Below are positions 51,213-63,360 of a stretch of DNA of 64,000 nt, piece after piece (the stretch's first letter is position 1; every line of letters begins with the position of its first letter). Under the pieces are notes generated by a model. The model made no database searches and was not told the origin of the DNA. It saw nothing but the letters and a program-made list of their open reading frames with translations. Source of the DNA: Raja brachyura (lineage: Eukaryota); assembly GCA_963514005.1 (NCBI GenBank), contig OY740795.1, positions 620,001 to 684,000 on the forward strand, in the 5' to 3' direction. The translations under genes and the position numbers were made by a program.

Positions 51213-51251
51213 CACAGTGACACAGCGCAGTGAGATAGCTGTACCAAAACC
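51213..51251 (+). promoter_or_regulatory. 23-RSS of the supporting V-delta
   Basis: CACAGTG + 23 nt + ACCAAAACC. Confidence 0.95.
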
Positions 51252-51449
51252 TCAGCGTGGCGGAATACAGGCACACAGCACTGCATAACATCTGCGGCGA
51301 TATCCGAGAACCCCAGTGCAGTGTGGATTGATTACACGTTGCGAGGGAAGGAAGAGAAAGAGAAAGATTACAAGAATACATTATGTTCAAACTTACAGAA
51401 GCATAATTAGTCTGGAAAGAGAGCGAGAACGATATATATATATATATTC

Positions 51450-51695
51450 ATCCCCTAGGACATCCCAGAAAACTCTACAGCTAGCCAATCCGGCTGGGGA
51501 TTTGACACTCCAGAGTCAACTTCTCCAATGAAAAGGGTCATCAAGGAGTTCAAACAACTCTCTATCTGCAGTCCGTAGACCCTCCCACAGGACCGGCTGA
51601 GCCTTCCCGCTGAATCCATCTGCGGAGAACAGAGACCCATAAAATGAACGAACTAAAGCACTGATCTTCTCTGGATCGGTTAGATAAAATGTCCA
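51450..51695 (-). mobile_element. L1/Tx1-like ORF2 fragment
   Basis: LTDPEKISALVRSFYGSLFS...LWEGL...LDDPF resembles the Tx1 EN-RT linker. Confidence 0.5.
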
Positions 51696-51787
51696 CAAAT
51701 TAAGTGCTGTATTTTCATATAAACTCTACATCAAAGTATCGCATAAAGCCTAGCTGATCACTCGTTTTTGTTATGTTATTTTAACTA

Positions 51788-52695
51788 TCAATTTGCCGAT
51801 TTCAATTTATTTCGAGTGCACCGGATCGGATATGTTAGCACGCGGACCAGCTCCTCTCAGAACTTGCTTGTGACACGATGTAAATCGCCGTGTTGGTGCA
51901 GGTGCTCAGCAGCTGAAGCATACATGCAACCCTTTAAAAATCTTCCAAAGGGTTTCTCAAGGCTTTGTACATAAACACTTTGAAACTTCGAACAACAATA
52001 AAATGTACAACACTTGTGGCCCAGAGCAGGATGAAGCAGCTCGATATTTCCAGAAGTAAAACGACCGACCATCTGCGCTTCACCATCTCCTGGTCTTTAT
52101 TTTTCTCCTCACCACTGAGGTCTCGGAGGTTCTTGCGGACCCGACTGGCCACGGAAATACGTCTGACCGTGAGCGCGTTCAGCAACAAAATCAGGCAGAA
52201 TGGTATCGCCGGGGTGAACAATTCTTCGATCCAAGAGAACACCATCCATTCGGGACGCATATAAAAATCTACTGGTTTGAGGCAGCCGCGCTCCCCACCC
52301 GTTCCTCGATAAGAGACGTATGCGAAGGGCAAGGGAAGGTTTTTAAGGCAGACGAACGGGCTCACTGTCAGGATAACAATCGACGCGCTTCCCTCGGTGC
52401 AATATTTAGCTTTCATGGTCTGAGTAGAAATCGCAAGAAAGCGATGAAATGTGAAAGCGACTGGGAACCATATAGAACAATCCACCGCCACGGAAGCCAG
52501 GAAGAGTATTATTTTGCACACAGGAGTGTAGGGTAAGGAAACATGCCAACAAATAAATATCAGAATTCCGACGAAGTATCACGTCAATGAGAAGCACAGA
52601 GAAGTCCGCGGTCGCCATGGCTACCGTGTAACGAGTAATGCATTTGGAGAGGCCGCACTTGTCACGGGACAAGGTCACAATCGCCATCTGATTCA
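51788..52695 (-). pseudogene. GPR139-like GPCR pseudogene copy B, exon 2
   Basis: NQMAIVTLSRDKCGLSKCITRY...VCKIILFLASVAVDCSIWFPVAFTFHRFLAI...; frameshifts near 52530 and 51935; close paralog of copy A. Confidence 0.85.
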
Positions 52696-53330
52696 CTGGG
52701 AAAAAATACAAACTGAAAACCATTAATTGTGTGGTATACGGGTTGGTGGGTGGGAGCAGACGGAGTAATTTAAAGCTGTCTCGCCAATAGTAGAGACTAT
52801 TTATTTAAGGCAATCCAATCCAATTTTGGTGTACTGGAATTTAATCTGCAAATGATTAAAATCCTGTTTGCCAAAATTAGTGGGATTGCCTTTTGTACTG
52901 ATCTTCACAACATTATGTCATTCATTTGATGTTGATGCAAAATATAGAACATTTTCAACATGACGGACAGCGTATCTAAAAAAAGAAATTAACCATCCAA
53001 ATTACGGTCGATGAAATCAGAATTAAGAGGGGATTCTCCCAATATCAATTATCTGATTTCATTTTTATAACGGTGAATTCAAATCCGCAGCGTTATTTTT
53101 ATTGCTGAGACGTGAGCAACTTTTGCGTCGGGCATTGAGTCAATAGAGGTCTGGATTAACGCGGACTGTTTTCCATTGGGCCTTCGAGAATGTATTTCCG
53201 AACATGAGACCAAGGAAAGGGTTTCAGTGCAGCGCAGCAAATATAATTACAAACACCCTGCACAAACACGGGTAACAACAAAACGGGCACGTATTTTCTG
53301 ATGAACAGCGAGCGCGCCTCCGTTCTGTAC

Positions 53331-53404
53331 CTGGCAAGATCAAGTGCTGGAGTATCTGTGGCGCAAGCAATATCTCTGGATGACATAGATAGGCGGCGTA
53401 TCAT
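53331..53404 (-). pseudogene. Probable exon 1 of GPCR pseudogene copy B
   Basis: Paralogous to 29611-29686, 2 nt shorter, with the donor weakened to gtacag. Confidence 0.45.
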
Positions 53405-54549
53405 TTCCAGCCCCTGCTTCAGCCTCAGATAGGATTAATGATCCCAAACCGTTACGTCGACTGCGTCGGCCTTCAGAGATGCGGCAAGACTGGCTGAGTT
53501 AACAAGCTCACTGCAAGATCGCTGCATGTGTAGTTGTTTTCATCTGTTCTCTGTTTTTGTTGAGCAGGTTGTTCGTACGACCTTCAAATCTGTCTCTGCG
53601 AAATTATCCCTATGAGAATTTAAGAGCGATACAGAAAAAGCAGTGCCAAATGACTGGACGGGGTGTATTTCTCGTTCTGCCGAGTGCAGTATCACATTGG
53701 AAAGTAAACAACCACTCACAGCGAGGACGAAATTGCGCTTCACCTAGCAACAGCGCAAGAACGGGCATTGATTTTGGTAAAAAGCCGCGAAGGCTACATT
53801 TCTGCCAGCTTCAATGAGCGGCATCCATCAAATATACCAACGTGCCTCCTCGTTCCTAGATGCGCATCGCTTACTTTATTTCAGTTTAGGGATACAGCGC
53901 GAAAACCCGACCACCGGCCCTCCTATTATGCACCGAACACGCGACAATTGATTTTACTTTTAGGGAGCGTGGGATGAAACCGAAGATGTCGGGGAAAGCC
54001 GAAATGGATACGGGGAGAACATACAAACTCCGCACAAACAAGCGTTGTAAGACCGTTGCTCAGGCGTGCCGCCCCAACACCTCCTGGGCTACTCGGTATG
54101 TTCTCTTAAACATTAATGTTCTGCGCTTTTCAAACAGTTTTTGTTAGTTCCATGCGATGTGCCGACAATTACCAACCCGGTATACCGATTGCTGCCTGAA
54201 TCGGATAATACACAAGTCCTATATTGTCCCCGATTGGAATATAATGCATTTTAATGCACGGGCCCATGCAGTCACTCCTTGTGCAACCGCTCAGCGGTTT
54301 CAGCGAAATAAACAAATATCTGGCATATTTATAAAGTAAATAAAGGGAAAACAGGCAACGAGATTACATCCCTGAGGACATTACTTACACAGTTTTGAAC
54401 AAACATCCACTATTCTCCATGTAATATTCAAATTACCCTTATTCTGATGAATAAGATCTGAAGAAGGGGTTCGGCCCAAAACGTTGCCAATTTCCTTGGC
54501 TTCATAGATGCTGCTGCACCCGCTGAGTTGCTCCAGCACTTTTGTCAAA

Positions 54550-56241
54550 CTTATTCTCAAACTGTAGTCCCTGGTTCAGAACGCCTAAAAAATCGGGAAC
54601 ATAGTTCGTGCCTTTAGCGTGTGCAAACCCTTAATAATCTTATATGTTTAAATAAGATCCCCTCTATTCCTTCTAAATTCCAGAGTATCCAAGCTCAGCC
54701 GCTCCATTCTCTCAGCATGTAACAGCCCCACCATCCCGGGAATTAACCTTGTGAACGAACGCTGCATTCCCTCAATAGCAAGATGTTTGACCGGCGAGAT
54801 GCAGGAAAACTGTTCCGGATATTGAGGTAGTCCAGAAACAGAGGTACCAGCTTAAGAATAAGTGGTAGGCCATTTAGAAACATAGAAACAGAAAATTCGA
54901 TGCAGGAGTGGGCCATTAGGTCCTTCGAGCCAGCACCGCCATTCAATGTGATCATGTCAGATAATCTAGAATCAGTACCCTGTTCCTTTTTATTCCCCTT
55001 ATCCCTTGATTCCTTTAGCCCCAAGAGCTAAATCTAACTCTCTCTTGAAACATCCAGTGAATTGTCCTCCTCTCTATTCTGTGGCAGAGAATTGCACAGA
55101 TTGGGTGAAAGGGAATTTCACTCTCTGGGTGAAAGGGAATTTCCCCAATCTCAGTCTTAAATTACCTATCATTATTCTCAAACTTTGACCCCTTGTTCTG
55201 GACTACCCCGGCATCGGGAACATGCATCTAGCCTATCCAACCCTTTAAAAAGTTTATATGTTTTTATAAGAACTCCTCTCATCCTTGTAAAAGCCAGTGA
55301 ATACAAGCACACTCAACCCATTCTTTCGTCATATGTCAGTCCCGCCATAGCGGGGACTAACCTGGAGAACCGATGCAGCACTTCCTCAATAGCAATCAAG
55401 TCATTCCACAAATTAGGAGACCAAAATCCTTCACAAATGCGGTCTCAACAGGGTCCAAAAATACTTTGGACAGAGATGAGGAAAATTTGTTTCACACAGA
55501 GAGTTGTGATTCTGTGGAATGCTCTACCACAAAAGGCAGTGGAGGCCAAGTCACTGGAAGATTTCACGAGTGAGTTAGATTTAGCTCTTAGGGCTAAACA
55601 AAACAAGGGATATGGGGAGAAAGCAGGAACGGGTTACTGATTTTAAATAGAAACATCGAAACTTGGAAAACAGGTGCAGGAGGAGGCTAATGGTATCTGA
55701 ATGGTGTCCGAATAGGAAAAGGGGAGATGCAACGAGACCTGGGTATCATGGTACACCAGTCACTGTAAGTAGGCATGCAGGTGCAGCAGGCATTGTAGAA
55801 AGCGAATGGTGTGTTAGCATTCGTAGCAAAATAATTTCAGTATAGGAGCAGGGAGGTTCTACTGCAGGTGTACAGGGTCTTGGTGAGACCACACCTGGAG
55901 TATTGCGTACAGTTTTCGTCTCCAAATCTGAGGAAATACATTCTTACCATAGAGGGAGTACAGAGAAGGTTCACCAGACTGATTCCAGGGATGTCAGGAC
56001 ATTCATATGAAGAAAGACTGGATAGACTCGGCTTGTACTCGCTAGAATATAAAAGACTGAGGGGGGATCTTATAGAAACTTACAAAATTCTTAAGGTGTT
56101 GGACAGGCGAGATGCAGGAAGATTGTTCCGGATGTTGGGGAAGACGAGAACAAGGAGTCACCGTTTAAAGATAAGGGGGAAATGTTTCAGGACCGAGGTG
56201 TGAAAATTATTTCTCACACAGAGAGTGGTGAGTCTCTGGAA
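54550..56241. mobile_element. CR1 fragments paralogous to 30870-33300
   Basis: Same order and junctions as in unit A; the last CR1 is split by the DIRS element and resumes at 61449. Confidence 0.8.
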
Positions 56242-56439
56242 TTTCATTTCGGAGTCACGTGAGTGACTTCGTGAAGTGCCCGCCGGCGCGTATGCTCGAC
56301 ATATCGTCGTATCGCGTTGCTGCCACGGCTGGCGGTGGAGCGCGCTCCTCGCCAGCCCTTCATAGGGAACCACTGAGGTAGGTATCCTACCTTAAGTTGG
56401 TGGTCCTTGTTGTATTGATTTGTTTCTTGCAGCAAGGAC

Positions 56440-58116
56440 ATGGATGGGAGTTCCAAGGGCCGGAGGACGTCTGGACGAGGTCGCCGGTCAGCAGTCCCGG
56501 AGCCATTGATATCGGCGGTACCTGCAGCGCAGGCCGGGACACAGGCGGGAATATCGGTAAGCCCTGTGTTTACAGGTCCGGATCCGCCAGCACACCACTG
56601 TTCGGGGGAGTTCGACGAGGAGGAGTGTGGTGTGCCGCCAGAGCAGGAGGACCCTGCCATGGCAGTCAGGTCGTCAGCAGGCTTGCTGGCGACCTCGAGC
56701 AGAGGGGTCCGTGCAGCTGCACGGCCCTTTTCCCTCAACCCTCCGAGTAGGGGAAGGGCAGGAGCCCGGAAGCCTAACCCTGTCGGGGCTAAGGCATTAC
56801 CTGCCGCCGAGGAGCGGTCAGGTTCCAGGGCGAGACCCGGGGCGGCTGTGAGGTCCAGTCGACGCCCCCCAACTCTCGACGCCGGGACGGGTCGGTTGGG
56901 TCGGATCTCGTCACGGTCGTCGAGTCCCCCATGGATGGGTGGGCGAGACCATGCGTCGGCAAGGTCCACGACGTGGGCAGCCGGCAAGCCCGCGCGGGCA
57001 TCAGGTATCCATGCTACGGCTGGTGCCGACACCACGCCGCAAGTGCCCTTAGTGGCAGCGACTTCAGCTCCCGCTAAACGGAGGCGGTTGAACACACCCG
57101 CGCGGGAATCGCGCAGTTTCGCTTCGGCGGCTGTTAGCGGCGACTACCGGCACCGGGTGGGCCTCGATGAGGTGCGGGCCGATGATAGGGGCCCCGGCAT
57201 TTTCTCAGAGCCGGAGGACTCCGACCACCCGAGTGTTCAGGGTGAGGGGCGTATTGACTGTATGGAGCGGCTGCTGGAGCTCCTGCTTCATGGTCAACAG
57301 CAGCAAGCGTCCAGCAGCGACAGGCACGGGGCTTTTTCACCAACTTCCACCATCAGCCTGGAGCAGCAGGATGAGGAGGTTTTGGTTGATCCCATACCAC
57401 CTCCGTCAGATTTACCAGCGGAGGAACTTCTTGATGTGGCCACTAAGTTCGCGGCCCCACACACGTCTGGGCTTCCCCTGAATTCAAAATTGGCAGCCAC
57501 AGTGGACTTCCTCAACAACCATCAGCTCCAGGAAGAAGTTCTCATTCAAGCCATGAGCCGTCACAAGGCTCCATCCAACTGCAACTCCCTCAACGTGCCT
57601 GTGGTCAATACGCCGATATGGGGCAACGTCAGTGCGGCTCTCCGTCAACACGAGCTGAAACTTCAGCGGATCCTGAAGCTCCTCACGGCCGGTATTACCG
57701 CCTTTGTGCGGTCGGTTGATGGGGATGAATTACATTTGGATCAGGAGGATGCTCTGGCTCTATTATGCGCAACTCAACATGAGATCAATGGGTTCCGCAA
57801 AAGCAGCATCCGCCCGGCGCTCAACCCTAAGTTTGCAGGGTTGTGCAAACCACCGCCGCCGCCGCCGCCCCGTCAGCTCTTTGGAGAAGGTCTCTCGAAG
57901 AGAGTCAAAGAGCTTGACGAACAAGCCAAGACGGTGGGACTCATGCGCTCTCATAGTGCCCCCACGCCGTCGGGCTCGAAAGCTCCGCTTGTTCGTCCAC
58001 GAGGGTCTGCCAGCACCTCTACAAGGACCTACCCTCCAGCTCCACCTCGTTACCAACAGCCCCAGCAGCAGGGGGGCTTTTTTAGCAGGGCCGGCAGAAA
58101 CCCTGGTGGAAGATGA
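56440..58116 (+). CDS. DIRS gag-like ORF1 (558 aa)
   Basis: Long open frame; PSNCNSLNVPVVNTPIW...LFGEGL block typical of DIRS ORF1. Confidence 0.75.
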   Translation: MDGSSKGRRTSGRGRRSAVPEPLISAVPAAQAGTQAGISVSPVFTGPDPPAHHCSGEFDEEECGVPPEQEDPAMAVRSSAGLLATSSRGVRAAARPFSLNPPSRGRAGARKPNPVGAKALPAAEERSGSRARPGAAVRSSRRPPTLDAGTGRLGRISSRSSSPPWMGGRDHASARSTTWAAGKPARASGIHATAGADTTPQVPLVAATSAPAKRRRLNTPARESRSFASAAVSGDYRHRVGLDEVRADDRGPGIFSEPEDSDHPSVQGEGRIDCMERLLELLLHGQQQQASSSDRHGAFSPTSTISLEQQDEEVLVDPIPPPSDLPAEELLDVATKFAAPHTSGLPLNSKLAATVDFLNNHQLQEEVLIQAMSRHKAPSNCNSLNVPVVNTPIWGNVSAALRQHELKLQRILKLLTAGITAFVRSVDGDELHLDQEDALALLCATQHEINGFRKSSIRPALNPKFAGLCKPPPPPPPRQLFGEGLSKRVKELDEQAKTVGLMRSHSAPTPSGSKAPLVRPRGSASTSTRTYPPAPPRYQQPQQQGGFFSRAGRNPGGR

Positions 58117-58189
58117 CGACGCCACGCCCTCAAGCCAACCCAGCACCTCCACGTCCACCCACACGTGTCAAAGACCGCCGGTAACCACG

Positions 58190-59971
58190 GAGGTGAGGCG
58201 GTCTGATTCTCTCTTTTCCCTTTGTCTAACCTCACATGTTGGTGGGCGCCTTCGGTTCTTTTTGGGAGCATGGGGTGATTTTACTGGTGACGAGTATGTG
58301 TTACAAAATATTCAGGGTCATAAAATTGAGTTTCTTAATGGGGACATTCCTCCATCCCAGCACAGGCCTGGTCGAACATTTACACTGTCTGCTGCAGAAC
58401 AGGCAGCAGGCTACAAGGAGAAGGGAGTGGTAGAGAAAGCGGTTCATGAGCCAGTTGAATTTGTTTCTAATATATTCACTAGACCAAAAAAGGATGGAGG
58501 CTGTCGAGTCATCATTGACCTGACTCGTTTAAATACTTTTGTAACATATACTCATTTCAAAATGGACACTTTTGAAACAGCCAAATCATTGATTTCACAT
58601 GGTTGCTTTATGGCATGCATTGATTTAAAAGATGCGTACTATTCTGTATCCATTCAAAAATACTATAGGAGGTTTTTGAAATTTATCTGGATGGGTCAAC
58701 TCTGGCAATATAGGGCTTTGCCAAACGGGCTTACCACAGCCCCTAGATTATTCACTAAATTGGTGAAACCAATTATGGCTTAATTACGAGAACGACACCA
58801 TATAGTAATGGCCTATTTAGATGATATCTTAATTGTCGTCCACACCCTGGAATTGGCTGAACAGGGAGTTGCAGCTGCTGTCAATATATTCCAGCAGCTG
58901 GGGTTTATTGTCCATCCAGAAAAATCAAAGTTCTGCCCTTCTCAGGTATACATTATCTGGGGTTTACGGTGGACTCTATTCGTAATTGGCAAACTTGTCG
59001 CATTGTTTCCGGCAGCCAGATATGGGCCTTTGCATTATCAGAATTTGCAAAGAGCCAAGATCGCTGCGTTAAAACAGAACGCTGGTCATTATGATCGACC
59101 AATGCAGCTGCCGCCTGAGGCAAAGGATGAGTTACGATGGTGGGTGTGTCACATTAGTAACTCATTTAAGCCTATTATTGAGGCTAATCCGGTGGTATAC
59201 TTGCAAACTGATGCGAGCTCTTATGGCTGGGGAGCTACAGATAATTGCTCTACTTGCGGGGGCAGATGGGACACCCTTGAGGCTGCTATGTTGTTGTCAC
59301 AAGGGATAAACTATTTGGAGATACTTGCAGCATTCCACGGACTTCGTGCTTATTGTTCCAAGCTTATTGGAGCACATGTCCGTCTCCAAATAGACAACAC
59401 CACAGCGGTGGCATATCTAAACCATATGGGCGGTACCCAGGTCAGTTTCGTGTGATAAATTGGCTAACTCAATTTGGCTCTGGTGTGTTCAAAGAGACAT
59501 TTGGATTTCAGCTACCTATTTGCCGGGTGAGCTTAATACTGTGGCGGACACCAGGTCACGCAACTTTAATGACAATATTGAATGGATGTTGCATCCTGAA
59601 ATTTTTGCCAAAGTCACAGCCAAATTTGGAAACCGGACATTGACCTTTTTGCGTCACGGTTGAACCATCAGGTACCAACATACGTCTCGTGGGAACCAGA
59701 TCCTGGGGCTATAGCGCTAGATGCATTCTCGCTGGACTGGGGGAATTGGTTTTTCTATGCATTCCCCCCGTTTTGCCTCATCAGTCGGGTATTACGAATG
59801 ATTCAGATGGATGCAGCCAAGGGCATCCTTATTATACCCGACTGGCCTACACAGCCGTGGTATCCGGTGGTCTTTGACATGCTCAGTGAGCCTTGGGTCC
59901 GTTTGAAGGGTTGCCCAGAATTGGTTACTCACCCTGTCTCAGGGGAGCCACATCCCTGCCATGTCTATTAA
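58190..59971 (+). pseudogene. DIRS pol (RT, RNase H, adenine methyltransferase-like domain), frameshifted
   Basis: IDLKDAY, LPNGLTTAPRLFTK, AYLDDIL, TDASSYGWG, INYLE, DNTTAVAY, YAFPPF; breaks at ~58780, ~59455 and ~59645. Confidence 0.85.
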
Positions 59972-60972
59972 AATGTGTTGGCTTGCAGGTTTTGAACAGG
60001 CCGTTAGTCCAATACGGCCTCTCAACTCGGACCATGGATACCATTGGGGCGTCGTGTCGAGAGTCAACAAGGCGAAGATACCGCTCACATATTAAGAAGT
60101 GGGAAGCCTTCTGCAGCCGCTCTCGCATCACGTACGATGACGTGACTATAACTGACGTCCTGGAATTCCTCGCGGGGTTGCACCACGATGAACACTTAAG
60201 TTACAGTACCATCAACAGCGCCAGGAGCGCGCTATCATTCCACCTCAAGATTGAGGTGGGATCCAACAGGCTAGTGTCCAGACTCATGCGGGGTATATTC
60301 AATATGAATCCGCCTACACCACGCTACAATATCACCTGGGATGCCAGGGACGTATTAAACCTGCTCAGGACGTGGTCTCCCATGGAAGGGCTCCAGCTGG
60401 ACAAACTCACCATGAAGCTGGTGATGTTACTAGCGCTGACTTCAGCACAGAGGGTACAGACACTGCATAAACTACGTGTCGACAGGATGATATCTACCCC
60501 GACAGAAGTGGTCTTCTTCATTGATGAGCTACTAAAGCAGCATAGACCTGGGTGCACAGGGCTGCAGCTGAAGTTCCCGGCATACCCCGCAGATGCTAGG
60601 CTGTGTTTAGCCTCTCATATCCGTCACTATGTCAAGGTGACGGCATGCATCAGAGGAATGGAGAGATACCTGCTTGTCACTCATAAGAGACCTCATCATC
60701 GAGTGACAGTCCAGACGATATCCAGGTGGCTCCGAGTCGTCTTGGGTAAGTCAGGTATCGACACTAATGTGTTCAAGTCTCATTCCACCAGGGCTGCATC
60801 GACGTCAGCGGCGAGGATTATGGAGGTGCCGATGGACCATATTCTCGCCACAGCAGGATGGGCTAATGAAGCTGTGTTTCAGCGATTTTATAACAAGCCT
60901 GTTGCTGCTCCTGTACAGTTCGCGGAAGCCGTGCTGAATGCAGGTCGAGAACGTGGAGGTGTCCCCGCATGA
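59893..60972 (+). CDS. DIRS tyrosine recombinase (start uncertain)
   Basis: SAQRVQTL, HSTRAASTS and AGWANEAVFQRFY catalytic motifs; open frame. Confidence 0.88.
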   Translation: MGPFEGLPRIGYSPCLRGATSLPCLLKCVGLQVLNRPLVQYGLSTRTMDTIGASCRESTRRRYRSHIKKWEAFCSRSRITYDDVTITDVLEFLAGLHHDEHLSYSTINSARSALSFHLKIEVGSNRLVSRLMRGIFNMNPPTPRYNITWDARDVLNLLRTWSPMEGLQLDKLTMKLVMLLALTSAQRVQTLHKLRVDRMISTPTEVVFFIDELLKQHRPGCTGLQLKFPAYPADARLCLASHIRHYVKVTACIRGMERYLLVTHKRPHHRVTVQTISRWLRVVLGKSGIDTNVFKSHSTRAASTSAARIMEVPMDHILATAGWANEAVFQRFYNKPVAAPVQFAEAVLNAGRERGGVPA

Positions 60973-61448
60973 GGGGTTTTGATTTGTTATTAATAAATAT
61001 GCTCTTGTTTTGCAGTATGAACTATTTGAGCAAGTTTGTTCCTCCTATCCATCCCTGCTAGTGGTGTGTCAGCATGGACGTGGTCCAGGGCGTGTAATCA
61101 CAGAAGCTTTGAAGTCTTCACGAAGTCACTCACGTGACTCCGAAATGAAATAGTAAGATTGAACGAGAACTTACCAGTTCGAAGGTTGATCATTATTTCA
61201 TGAGGAGTCGCGGTGAGGGATTTCGTGCCCTCCACGCCCAACCCTCACTCATCTTCATCTGGTAATTTGAGTCTCTTTAACCTTACTATGCCAAGTCATT
61301 TCTGTTACTGGTTTCTGTGATTCCACACCGCTACTTTGAAGAATGTCGAGCATGCGCGCCGGCGGGTTCTTCACGAAATCCCTCACCGCGACTCCTCATG
61401 AAATAATGATCAACCTTCGAACTGGTAAGTTCTCGTTCAATCTTACTA

Positions 61449-63360
61449 TTCTCTGCCACAGAAGGTAGTTGAGGCCAGCTGATTGGCAATATTTAAGAGG
61501 GAGTTAGTTGTGGCCCTTGTGGCTAGAGGGATCAGGGGCAATAGAGAGAAGGGAGGTACGGGATACTGAGTTGGATGATCAGCCATGATCATATTGAATG
61601 GCGGTGCAGGCACGAAGGGCCGAATGACCTTCTCCTGCACCTATTTTCAATGTTTCAATGTTTCTATGTTTCCATTTGGCCCTTCGAGTCAGCACCGCCA
61701 TGCATATTGATCATTGTTGCTCATCCACCATCAGTAACGCGTACCAGCCGCCTCATGCCTCTTGATTCTCCCAGCCCCAAGAGCTCCATCTAGCTCTCTT
61801 TTCATTTCATCCAATGAATTGGCCTCCACGGCCTTTTGTGACAGAATTCCCCAAATTCACAACTCTCTGGGTGAACAAGATTTTTCTCATCTCAATTTTA
61901 AATGCCCTCCCATTTACTCTTAGACTGTGGCCCCTGGTTCTGGACTGGCCCAGCATTTGCAAAAACAAATCCTGCATCTGGCTTGACCAGTCTTTTATAA
62001 TTGTTTCTATGTCTTCAAGACCCCCTCTCATCCTCCAGATTCAGTGAATACAAGCCCAATCTTTCTAATCTTTCCTCTTATGAGTCCCGCCATACAGTGG
62101 GTTGCCCTTGTGAACCTACGCTGCGCTCCCTCCATAGCAAGGATGTCCTTCCCCAAATTGGGAGATCAAAACTGCATACAATACTCCAGATGTTGTCTCA
62201 CCAAGGTCCTGTACAACTGCAGAAGGACCTCTACTCCTATGCGCAAATCCTCCCGTTATGAAGGCCAACATGCTATTAGCTTTCTTAACAACCTGGTGTA
62301 CCTGAGTGTTAAAGAAGGAACTGCAGATGCTGGAGAATCGAGGGTTACACAAAAAGCTGGAGAAACTCAGCGGGTGCAGCAGCATCTAAGGAGCGAAGGA
62401 GATAGGCGACGTTTCGGGTCGAGACCCTTCTTCAGACCCTTCTTCAGATGCTGCTGCACCCGCTGAGTTTCTCCAGCTTTTTGTGTAACCCTGGTGTACC
62501 TGAGTATTCACTTTCACTGACTGGTGCAAAAGGATACCCAAGTCTCGTCGCACATCCCCTTTTCCCCAATCTGACGACGGCGGAGGACTGAAAGGGTGAA
62601 CAAAGAAGAAGCTGACTGAAAAGTATTGCCTTACCTCACAATGGGAAACGTTGATTCCGCTGTGTGGGGATATTCGTGTTAAACTATAACGTGCATTGTG
62701 CTCTATTTTATTCATATGGCTGTTTGGTAACTCAAAGCGCAATGTGCCAATTGGTGTATGTGAAAATAAATGTCAGTGGAACTTGAACGTAATTTCAACT
62801 GTTTCTGCCTTCAAGGGACCTGCATTTTCCTTTACTAATCTTTTTCTCTTAACATACCAAAATAAGCTTTTACTGCCCTTTATGTTCCTGGCGAGCTTAC
62901 CTTCGTACATGCTTACTCAACACTGCCTGCTCCTTCACCTATTTTTGACATCGTCCGCGATATCGTCCACAAAGCCATCAATTCCATCATCCAGATCGTA
63001 AACATACAACGGGAAAAGTAGTGGACCCAACATTAACCCATTAGTCAAAGGCAGCAACGTGTATTCCAATATTTTGGCCCTGCAACGGACAGCCTATCCT
63101 CTATCCTCACTGACACCTTATCTCTAACACCAATACTCCAATCGTAATTGACCGCTTCGCGTCCTGCCCCGTTGAATATAAATCAGAAAATTTAAGTAAG
63201 CAGCATTTCTGACTTTCATTTGTCCATTCTGCTTGTTCCGTTACAAAGAATGTCAACAGAGTTGTCAGGCAATAGCCCCCCCCCCCCTTTGCTGACTTCG
63301 CTTATTTTAGCATTTGCCTGAAAGTAACTGGAATCTCATTTTTACTAATGGTCTCTAAAA
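61449..63360. mobile_element. CR1 fragments paralogous to unit A repeats
   Basis: Match 33300-33510, 39375-40080, 41670-42017 and 45272-45770. Confidence 0.75.
62308..62489. mobile_element. Recent Penelope-type short insertion with inverted repeats and a 16-bp TSD
   Basis: TSD cctggtgtacctgagt at 62292-62307 and 62490-62505; ~45-bp inverted repeat; empty paralogous site at ~39995-40010. Confidence 0.75.

Larger units (their letters stand above)
28007..51696. repeat. Tandem segmental duplication unit A (GPCR pseudogene + NAR-TCR cassette)
   Basis: Collinear matches to unit B: 28.0-33.5 kb with 51.7-56.2/61.45-61.68 kb; 39.4-40.1 kb and 41.67-42.02 kb with 61.7-62.9 kb; 45.27-46.04 kb with 62.91-63.67 kb; 50.15-50.38 kb with 63.77-64.0 kb. 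Confidence 0.85.
56242..61448 (+). mobile_element. DIRS1-type tyrosine-recombinase retrotransposon, structurally complete
   Basis: Inverted termini; an internal complementary region (~61117-61229) is the reverse complement of both ends; gag, RT/RNase H/MT and YR ORFs; inserted at gaATTctc of a CR1 without a conventional TSD. Confidence 0.93.

Noticed and set aside
59660-60972. Adenine methyltransferase plus phage-type integrase as a prokaryotic or viral insertion
   Set aside because: Both are standard domains of DIRS1 retrotransposons, and the termini and ICR fit DIRS
62900-62915. RAG-mediated germline deletion of the NAR V-J in unit B
   Set aside because: Breakpoints map inside CR1 fragments, hundreds to thousands of bases from the RSSs
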